Origin: Chthonomonadaceae bacterium | GTDB lineage: Bacteria > Armatimonadota > Chthonomonadetes > Chthonomonadales > Chthonomonadaceae | DNA length: 31,151 bases | Assembly: GCA_014377395.1 (NCBI GenBank) | Contig: JACMPS010000391.1 | Location: 1-31,151, forward strand | Reading direction: 5' to 3' | Part shown: positions 23,958 through 31,151 of the stretch, piece by piece | Numbering within the stretch: the stretch's first letter is position 1 | Layout of the letters: each line of letters opens with the position of its first letter | The notes under the pieces: model-generated | Told to the model about the DNA's origin: nothing | Database searches by the model: none | The model's input: only the letters and a program-made list of their open reading frames with translations | Program-made: the position numbers and the translations under genes

Positions 23958-25762
23958 TAGTTCTCTTTACGAAGATAAACATAAATTTTCGGCACGACAT
24001 ACAGCAGGTCTTCGGGAATAAGTTTCGCAGAACCGAAAAGGGCGCTACCGTAGTTCATCGTAATCCGGTACTCTTCCGTTCCAAAAGGGACAATCTTGTA
24101 ACTCCCCGACTTTTCAAGGGTGTCCATAAAGCGCGTCGGCTCCGGCAATCGAAGACGCCCTACCTCATGCATCGTCTCAAAATTGGAAATAATGACCGCA
24201 TCAGGAAGGGGGTTCAGCACGTCGAGGCTCCACTCGGTGGCGGGAAGACGGAATTGGTACTCGGTACTCTGCGCCATTTTTGCGCGTTGTAGGGCGGAAG
24301 CGGCACCGAGCAAAGGGGAAAGCGGCGGAGAATAAAACCAGGGAGTTTTTGCGAAGGCAATGGATTTCCCTTTCAGGTTTTTCTCGATATAGTTTGCGGC
24401 AAGGTCTCGCGGATCACGGTTCTGCATTGCATCAACAAAAATCATTGTGTCGCTCAGAGTTGCCACACCGAGACCGACGATCAAAATTCGTCTTATGTTC
24501 TCATCGGAAGAAGTCTCTGTTTTCGCCTTGAGACCGGAAAGCAGACGCCCCACAAAAAGAAACAAAACCGGAAAAAGCGGAATCATATAGCGGGCAAACC
24601 GAACGGCGGAAAGCCCGGTCAGCGCGTAAGTCACGAGAAGGTAAACGAGTAGCACCCGGTCAGCGCGATTTCTGCGCTTGAGTGCCGCGCCAACTCCGAA
24701 AAGTGCCGCAATCAGGAGCGGCAACCCCAACCCAAATCTCAGGGAAATCCAGAGGTGATACCACCACCCGTTTCCCGTATTGGTGAACAGATCGCCATGC
24801 CCGGTACGTGAATGTTCGAGCAATTCGTAACGCAAGCCGGAGCCGGGAAAATTCGGTAATCCGTTCCAGAACGCATCCGGGTTCAGGAAAACGCCGGGAC
24901 AACCGAGCAAAAAAGCGACCACACACCCACCGAGAATCAGAAAAAACGGCTTTGCACCTTTCTTTTCTTCAATTTGTTTGTTTCGCCAAAGGTAGGCGGA
25001 GAGCGGAACCAACAGCACCGTAACCGCCGTGTATTTCGTTGCCGCCGCCAGTCCCGCCGCAATCCCCGCCAACAGATAAGGAGAGAGGAAGGAACTGGGG
25101 GACGCTGGCTGTTTTTGATCTTCTTCGGTAGAAGTGGACAGCGCAAGATTTCGGGGAAAAAGAATTTTCGCGGAGAAAAACAGGGTCAGGGTCACAAAGA
25201 AGGTGGCGGGAACATCTACGGTCAGAAAGTGCGCGTGGACAACGGCGAGAGGTGCAATCGCATAAAGCCCCGCTGCAATCAGCCCGGTTCGCTTGCCGTA
25301 AAACCGTGATCCCGCAAAATACAGCAGGGGAATTGTAGCGATACCGAGCAGAGCGGTAACGACGCGCCCGGTGAGAAACAGTGCCGCCATTTCAGGGGCG
25401 GCTTGCGACGAGAGGGGGTTGATCCCCTGCAACGTAGTGGGAATCAAGCCCCAACCGCGCCCCAAAATCTGAGCGAACGACACCAGATAAAAATAAAACG
25501 CTCCATAATTGTAAAACCCGATGTCGAACTGCCCCCGCAACAAGTCCGCCGCCCGTGCCGCACTCAGATTGATCAGTTCGTCCGGGTGATAAGTGGAGAG
25601 GGGATGCCGAGCATCGGGCAAACTCCAACCGATTCCGGCAAACCTCATCCACGCCCCTAACAAAATAAGTGCGCCGAGCAAGAGGAGAGCGGTTCGCTCT
25701 TGCCGGGAGAGGGAAGAGAGCGAAAACCGGGTGAGCGGAGTGGTAGCGCGGGAAGATTTCAC
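23957..25762 (-). CDS. GT-C fold glycosyltransferase (GT39/GT83, PMT/ArnT-like)
   Basis: Multi-TM protein with 'YHPDE', 'AHFLTVDVPATFF', 'AAATKYT' and 'RYMIPLFP'. Confidence 0.85.
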   Translation of the reverse strand: MKSSRATTPLTRFSLSSLSRQERTALLLLGALILLGAWMRFAGIGWSLPDARHPLSTYHPDELINLSAARAADLLRGQFDIGFYNYGAFYFYLVSFAQILGRGWGLIPTTLQGINPLSSQAAPEMAALFLTGRVVTALLGIATIPLLYFAGSRFYGKRTGLIAAGLYAIAPLAVVHAHFLTVDVPATFFVTLTLFFSAKILFPRNLALSTSTEEDQKQPASPSSFLSPYLLAGIAAGLAAATKYTAVTVLLVPLSAYLWRNKQIEEKKGAKPFFLILGGCVVAFLLGCPGVFLNPDAFWNGLPNFPGSGLRYELLEHSRTGHGDLFTNTGNGWWYHLWISLRFGLGLPLLIAALFGVGAALKRRNRADRVLLVYLLVTYALTGLSAVRFARYMIPLFPVLFLFVGRLLSGLKAKTETSSDENIRRILIVGLGVATLSDTMIFVDAMQNRDPRDLAANYIEKNLKGKSIAFAKTPWFYSPPLSPLLGAASALQRAKMAQSTEYQFRLPATEWSLDVLNPLPDAVIISNFETMHEVGRLRLPEPTRFMDTLEKSGSYKIVPFGTEEYRITMNYGSALFGSAKLIPEDLLYVVPKIYVYLRKEN

Positions 25763-25914
25763 GGAAGCGTCGTCAACTGAACATCGGGCTTGACAAAGCG
25801 AGAAGGCAGTCCCCAGGAGAGGTAGGCTATCCCCGCAATCAGCAGAACCAGAGTGATTCCGCGACTGTGGAAGGCGCGACGCTTTTGTTTTCGGAGGCGG
25901 TCAAGTGCGGTCAT
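25759..25914 (-). CDS. Small membrane protein (51 aa)
   Basis: MTALDRLRKQKRRAFHSRGITLVLLIAGIAYLSWG...: basic N-terminus plus TM. GTGA overlap with the GT gene. TATACT lies 6 nt upstream. Confidence 0.45.
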   Translation of the reverse strand: MTALDRLRKQKRRAFHSRGITLVLLIAGIAYLSWGLPSRFVKPDVQLTTLP

Positions 25915-26095
25915 AAGGAAAGTATAGCCGAAAAAAAGCAAAAAACCTACCCTCTTCCTGTGGAAGACAGGGCAAGCGCATCTAATTTTTGATGAGTTCT
26001 CCGCCGAGGGTACAGAACGAGGCGTTTCAGTTCCGAATTCGTCCCTCAAAGGTACAAGAAGAAACCGCATAGGTTAACCGTACGGACAAGGAGAC

Positions 26096-26132
26096 AAACA
26101 AAAAGTCTCCCATGTCGCACGACACGGGAGAC
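26096..26132 (-). terminator. Intrinsic terminator after the lipoprotein-like gene
   Basis: agtctccc / gggagact stem followed on the minus strand by tttttgttt. Confidence 0.6.
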
Positions 26133-26156
26133 TAAAAGTCAAACCGAAAGACTCTC

Positions 26157-26565
26157 TCAGGAGTAAACGGCTTCGAGGACAAGGGTGATGGGTTGTTGCT
26201 CCGAAGGAAACTCAATGATGACATGACTGTGGCTGTTTGGATCGTCCCAACGGTATTGAGGTTGCGGATACACTTGAGTGGGAGGATTTTGATTGGTTTC
26301 TGTCCCGCGAGAGTAGGGATACTTCTCTTTGTCCGGCACCTGCTTCCCTTTCATTCCCATCTTCGCCTCGGCTTCTGCCAGTGAGTTCGCTCCCTCGATA
26401 GACTGAACCTTGTTGAAGAAGGGACGGGTGTTCTCATTCCCATCAAAGGAAGGGACTTGCGGGAGCGGGCTTCACAGGGGGAACTTCGGAAACCGGATCA
26501 GCAGATCGACAGCCCGAACAGAGGAGCAGGAGTAGTCCTGTCTGGATAAAACGTCGTTGCGCCAT
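26157..26565 (-). pseudogene. Lipoprotein-like gene interrupted by a +1 frameshift
   Basis: MAQRRFIQTGLLLLLCSGC signal/lipobox, then stop after 40 codons (CTT TGA). The +1 frame continues for 95 codons to 26157. Confidence 0.55.
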
Positions 26566-26950
26566 TTTGTTCTTCTCTCCCCCTGGAGAACTTCCGCAGA
26601 ACCCTTCCACCATAACACAAAGCAGACGAACTTCTTAGAAAAATTACCCGATAGTCAGGGCTAGCGCAACTGATTTTTTGATCTTTGCATCTCATTATGC
26701 AGTTTGATAACCGAAAAATCTTTGACAACAGAAGGAAGCCGCCATCTGTTTGAGGAGCCTTTTTGAGGACAGAAAGCGAATTTGTCTCCGTTGAGACTTA
26801 TTAACTTATGTTACCCACCGTCTCTTTTCCGAGAGTTTTCAAACCCCGGTGAAGTGGCAGTGCGTAATGTCAGTTATTACTAATCATTAGACGGAATTTA
26901 GATGCGCTACCCTCTTCTTTTGGAAGAGGGTAGGTTTTCAGAAACGGAGA

Positions 26951-28672
26951 CTATTTTTTGCTCTCGATCAGAAGATGCCCGGTACTCGGATCATAGGAGA
27001 CGTTGACATTCATTGCCTCTTGGATAAAGGAGACGGGAACCATCGTGCGCCCTTTTTCAAGGTAGGGAGCGGTTTCCATGCGAACCGTTTTCGCGTTGAC
27101 TTTTGCCTGTCGGTGTCCGATACGAATCTGGATTTCGGTGCCTTTGGAGACGGCACGAACCGTTTTCGTTTTGGCGTAGAAAGCGATTTCGCCGCCACTC
27201 GCCTCAAAGATATGACGCAGAGGAGCGAGAGGAACGCCGTTTTCCACATGAGGAGTCACGTCGAAATTTACTTCCTTGAGGTCGTAAAGAACGGAAAATC
27301 CGCCTTTGAGCGAACTCATGGCACGAAGGCTCATTCGGGCGCGAAGTTTCGGAGACGGAGACATTTTACGAGCGTTCGGGTTCAGGGCAATTCCCGTGAC
27401 GGTTTTGTCCATCGTTGCGGAGTTTGTTTCGCCGTTCAGGGAGAAAGCAGGTAGGGTTGCGACATTCCCGTTTCGCTTGAGATGAATCGGCAACCGAGCC
27501 ACGCCGTCCCGTGAGGTGAATGAAGACTCGAATACCTCTGAGTTTGAGAGTGCCGCAAGCGTGCCGGAGGCAGAAAGGGCGAGGGGCGTTCTACCCGACA
27601 TTTCGGTAGGAAGCGGGGTTCCGTCGGGACGTGCAATCGTCGAAAATCGGTTCTCAAAAGTGAGAGGCGCAGGTTTCGCACCACGCACGAGTGACGTCGT
27701 TGACTCCAGCGTTGCTTCTGCGGGAATTGTGAGAAGTGCGTTATTGGTTTCAGAGGCGTGGGGAGTACGAGGAAGAGAAGGTTCGCGACTATCGGGTCGA
27801 GCGGAGATCGAAGGAGAAGATGAACGGGTCTCGAAATTGCCTGCGCCGAAGATGCGGCTACTGAGAAGGCGGGTCGCCTCCTCCATCGGCAAAAGGGACA
27901 GGGAAGGGAGGGACGCTTCGGCGACGGAAGGAGGCAACGTTTCCTTGAGCGGATTGGTGTCACGCTTGATCTTAGTGAAACCGCCGGAGTTGTTGACATT
28001 GATCTTCATCGAAAGGGAGCGCACTTTAGTGAGAGACTCGCCGTCATTGATCTCCACACCAATCGTGTGCACTCCGTTTGACAATCGGGTGGTGTCTAGA
28101 TTGTAAACAAAGGGCGCATAGTTCATAAACGCGATGAATTCGTTATCAATAAGGTAGGTGACGTAGGGACTGTTGATCGAGGTTTCGACTTCCAGTTGAA
28201 TCGGGACAATGCCCTGCACCATCTGATTCGGGTTTAAGCCGGTGAAGCGAGTTCCGCTCCCGCCGATTGTCTCTTCGGGGGTCGGAAGACCTACGGTGAC
28301 GGAGGTCGTGGTGGTCGCCGTAGAACCATCCACATCGGTGGCTTTGACGAGAACCTCATGAGTGCCATCGGTCAAGCCATCCAGTGCAAAGGTGATCACC
28401 CCGCGCTTTTCGCGTGTTTTCACTGCCTGTTTCTTGATTAGAAAGCCATCGAGATGCAACTCAACCGAGCGCAGATTGCCGCCCTTGAATGTGACATCGA
28501 GCGAAACGGAGCCGTCTTTGGAGACGGTCGCGGCGTTCGTGGAAGAAACGGCAATTTGCAAACCGTTGATGATCGCGGGCAAAGGAGCGGCGTAAGTGGT
28601 TTCGGTAATTCCGAATCCGCCGACAAACCCGACTCCTGCGGCAAGAGCAATGACGCAAGCCATCCTACTCAT
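26951..28672 (-). CDS. Secreted protein with Ig-like domains and C-terminal copper-amine-oxidase N-terminal (stalk) domain
   Basis: Signal peptide, beta-rich 'GTHEVLVKATD' and 'NGVHTIGVE', Pro/Ser linker, then 'NGVPLAPLRHIFEASGG...GRTMVPVSFIQEAMNVNVSYD'. Confidence 0.8.
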   Translation of the reverse strand: MSRMACVIALAAGVGFVGGFGITETTYAAPLPAIINGLQIAVSSTNAATVSKDGSVSLDVTFKGGNLRSVELHLDGFLIKKQAVKTREKRGVITFALDGLTDGTHEVLVKATDVDGSTATTTTSVTVGLPTPEETIGGSGTRFTGLNPNQMVQGIVPIQLEVETSINSPYVTYLIDNEFIAFMNYAPFVYNLDTTRLSNGVHTIGVEINDGESLTKVRSLSMKINVNNSGGFTKIKRDTNPLKETLPPSVAEASLPSLSLLPMEEATRLLSSRIFGAGNFETRSSSPSISARPDSREPSLPRTPHASETNNALLTIPAEATLESTTSLVRGAKPAPLTFENRFSTIARPDGTPLPTEMSGRTPLALSASGTLAALSNSEVFESSFTSRDGVARLPIHLKRNGNVATLPAFSLNGETNSATMDKTVTGIALNPNARKMSPSPKLRARMSLRAMSSLKGGFSVLYDLKEVNFDVTPHVENGVPLAPLRHIFEASGGEIAFYAKTKTVRAVSKGTEIQIRIGHRQAKVNAKTVRMETAPYLEKGRTMVPVSFIQEAMNVNVSYDPSTGHLLIESKK

Positions 28673-28803
28673 AGATTATCCCCCTTATGGATAGTTGAAA
28701 TTCAGGTGATGCAGAACACATTTTTGAGAAGATCGAACGGAAGAGAAAGAAAAAGCGGGACGGCGCCGCAGGACGCGCAACGTCTCTCCACATAAGCCAT
28801 GCG

Positions 28804-28832
28804 ACTCTAACACATTCGGTCACACTTGTCAA
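28804..28832 (-). promoter_or_regulatory. Sigma70 promoter (with extended -10) for the 28672 gene
   Basis: Minus strand TTGACA (28832-28827), 17 nt ending in TGt, then TAGAGT (28809-28804). Confidence 0.6.
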
Positions 28833-29134
28833 GCCATTTCGCGCAAGAAGAGAGCAATTCCTGCAAAAAAAATCGCTCTTACGGAAAATAGTCGAAAATA
28901 ATTCCTCCGTCTCTCTAGATGACGGGGGAAAAGGGCGGAATCGTTCTTCTCTTTGTCAAGAGAACAAAAATTGTGAGAGAGGTGAGTGTCTGCACCGCAA
29001 ATACAGGGAGACATTATTTGCACTGATTTGTGTTCTCGCCCTCAGAAACCATAACTTCCCCAATAAAACTTAAGGGAAAGGAGCGGAGGAGGAGAAAACG
29101 GAGATCCCAGAAGAGTATTGTTCCTCGGCAAAGG

Positions 29135-29788
29135 TTACAAGCGGAGCGTCAAAGCCTTCAGTGAAGGACGCAGGTACTCCATGCGACGCATCTCAATGAC
29201 TTTTTCCACACGGCTCAAACGATCCGCCGCTTCCGAGGGAAGCCCTAAGCCCAGAAAACATTCTGCCTCCAGCAAAAGCCTTCGCCCCAATCCATCTGCA
29301 CTGTAAACCATCAAACGAACCTCCGGTTCAAGAGCGGTGAGTGCCGCCTCATATCGCTTGAGCGTCATCAGAACGCTTGCTTTTTCGCGCAAGCGATACT
29401 GTTCCGCACCGAGTTTATTCGTGTCTCCTGCAATCCGGCAAGCCTCCTCACTCAAACGCAACGCCTCCGACCCTATCCCTGCCTTTGCAAGACAAACGCT
29501 ATATTCCCCCAGCATCCAACTTCGATATTCCAGGTCTGAAGTCTCGCTGATCCCCTTTTGCAGAATTCGGGCAGAGCGCAACGGGTCACGTTCGCTTAAA
29601 AGTGAAGCCGAAAAAAGCGTAATCATTCCCCCCACGTCCTCCTCTCTCGGAACGGAAATCGCGTTTTTCGGGTGTAAAAGCAGCTCGTTCGCTTCCACAA
29701 AGCGTTTGGTCTCCACAAACCCACGAAACTGATAAGCGTGGGCAAAACGCAACAACCCCTTACCTCTTTCCGATTTTGCCAAAACCAC
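29135..29788 (-). CDS. TPR-like helical repeat protein, possibly 5'-truncated
   Basis: Alternating amphipathic helices ('LGEYSVCLAKAG...EALRL', 'EKASVLMTLKRYEAAL', 'LEAECFLGLG...EAA'). Confidence 0.5.
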   Translation of the reverse strand: MVLAKSERGKGLLRFAHAYQFRGFVETKRFVEANELLLHPKNAISVPREEDVGGMITLFSASLLSERDPLRSARILQKGISETSDLEYRSWMLGEYSVCLAKAGIGSEALRLSEEACRIAGDTNKLGAEQYRLREKASVLMTLKRYEAALTALEPEVRLMVYSADGLGRRLLLEAECFLGLGLPSEAADRLSRVEKVIEMRRMEYLRPSLKALTLRL

Positions 29789-30023
29789 GCTCTACCTCGA
29801 CCTCAGCATCAATGGCGGGGCGTCGCTCACCCCCCGTCAGCCGTTCGCGTCCGTCGCCTTCGCCCTGAAAGCCGATGCGGTCAAGGATGGGGCGATCACT
29901 TCCGCAAGCGTCGCCGATGGGAGCATCACCAACAGCAAAATCGCTCCCGGAAGTCTCACCGCTGATCGGTTTGCAAGTGGCGTCCTCAATGGAACCGCGT
30001 GGCTTCTCGGCGGCAACGGCGGT

Positions 30024-31043
30024 GTGACGGGCAGCTTTCTCGACACGTTTCTCGGCACGACGGACAACCGGCCGCTTGTCTTTAAGACCAATAATGTGGA
30101 ACGCTTTCGGCTTCTCTCGAATGGCAACACCGGCATCGGAACCACCAATCCGCAGTCCCCCCTGCACGTCGCGGGCGCGGCAGGCATCATAATTGGAACC
30201 AGTGCTCTAGACGGCGGCTATACTGCCCTCAAATTCTCGCTCAGTCAGGCAAGCGGTGGCTACGCGTTAATCCAAGCCATCAAATCGGCGGGTGGTGCTT
30301 ACGGAGACTTGAATCTCAATCCTGTTGGCGGCAGTGTCGGCATCGGAACCATCAATCCGGCAGCGAAACTAGAGGTCAATAATGGTGGAGGAACCGGGGC
30401 AAGCCTTAAGCTCGAACACAGAGGTTCAAACTTTATCGTGCGCCCTTATGAGGCGGGAAGCGATACAACCGTCCTCGAGAACACAGCCGGGTACCTCTTC
30501 ATTAACTCCAACGTAGGAGTTCGAGAAAGAGCAGCAACCAATGTTGCCTTGAAGGTTGCCGGTGGGCAGGCGTGGTCAATTTATGCCGAGGGCAATATCT
30601 TTGCCAGCACCGGCTATTCCGACAACGGCTACTATCTTACCTCCGATGCCCGCTTCAAGCGGAACATCGAAACCGTTCCCGATGCCCTGTCCCACCTTTT
30701 GGCTTTGCGCGGCGTAACGTATGAGATGAACCGTGCCGCCTTTCCTGACCGAAACTTCACGGAGGGCAAGCATCTTGGGTTTATTGCACAGGAAATGGAG
30801 AAGGTACTGCCTCAACTGGTCAAGACCGGAAAGGATGGGTTCAAAGCGGTCAACTATGAGGGCGTGATCCCCGTTACCGTCGAAGCGATTAAAACCCTCA
30901 ACGCCCGAACCCTCTTGCAGCAGAATCAGATGGAGGCATTGAGCAAGGAGAACGCTACCATCAAAGCGGACAATGCCGAGATGAAAGCCGAACTCGATGC
31001 GCTGAAATCTGCGGTCCGCCAACTTCAGCAGAACCGCAAGTAA
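30024..31043 (+). CDS. Tail-fibre-like protein with C-terminal peptidase S74 (intramolecular chaperone) domain, 5'-truncated
   Basis: 'GNTGIGTTNP' and 'GSVGIGTINP' repeats, 'TSDARFKRNI' autocleavage motif, 'GFIAQE', 'VNYEG', and a coiled-coil end. The frame is open and protein-like back to about 29757 without a start codon. Confidence 0.8.
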   Translation: MTGSFLDTFLGTTDNRPLVFKTNNVERFRLLSNGNTGIGTTNPQSPLHVAGAAGIIIGTSALDGGYTALKFSLSQASGGYALIQAIKSAGGAYGDLNLNPVGGSVGIGTINPAAKLEVNNGGGTGASLKLEHRGSNFIVRPYEAGSDTTVLENTAGYLFINSNVGVRERAATNVALKVAGGQAWSIYAEGNIFASTGYSDNGYYLTSDARFKRNIETVPDALSHLLALRGVTYEMNRAAFPDRNFTEGKHLGFIAQEMEKVLPQLVKTGKDGFKAVNYEGVIPVTVEAIKTLNARTLLQQNQMEALSKENATIKADNAEMKAELDALKSAVRQLQQNRK

Positions 31044-31151
31044 GCGTTGCGGTGAAAGAAAAATCGCGCTCTGTCCCTTTAGGACAGAGGGGGATTTTGG
31101 GCTTCTTGTACTCAGTGGGAATCCCCTTTTGCCCTTTCAAAGGATTAAACG

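Noticed and set aside
26311-26345. gtagggatacttctctttgtccggcacc resembling part of a ydaO riboswitch
   Set aside because: It lies antisense within the lipoprotein coding frame, lacks the other conserved elements and has no downstream gene on that strand.
29760-30190. Minus-strand ORFs 29760-30167 and 29837-30190
   Set aside because: Antisense to the better-supported S74 fibre frame.
30024-31043. Diversity-generating retroelement target
   Set aside because: No reverse transcriptase and no adenine-mismatched template/variable repeat pair in the window.

Overview
Bacterial chromosomal window, probably from a diderm because it encodes a predicted outer-membrane barrel. The gene mix suggests an Armatimonadota-like lineage, which is inference only. 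In order: a partial DUF2156/MprF-C-like gene, an ECF sigma/zinc anti-sigma pair, an Rpn-family nuclease with an internal strong-SD start, two sugar oxidoreductases, a frameshifted mini-cyclase, rpsF-ssb-rpsR, a large CHASE2-type adenylate cyclase and a beta-carbonic-anhydrase-like protein. Next is a K+-uptake locus: sigma70 promoter, terminator-containing leader 1, DUF2294, terminator-containing leader 2, two unannotated membrane micropeptides, kdpF-kdpA-kdpB-kdpC, a kinase-less kdpD and a DUF2490-like barrel. The right part holds a GT39/GNAT/degenerate-GH116 operon, a frameshifted lipoprotein between inverted repeats, a copper-amine-oxidase-N-domain surface protein, and a TPR-like gene joined head-to-head to a 5'-truncated peptidase-S74 fibre gene. 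Intergenic spaces are dense in REP-like palindromes. I saw no rRNA, tRNA or CRISPR array. The best candidate for an undescribed system is RNA-based (double attenuator plus DUF2294) control of kdp without KdpE or a histidine kinase. All family assignments come from motif recognition by eye, not database searches.
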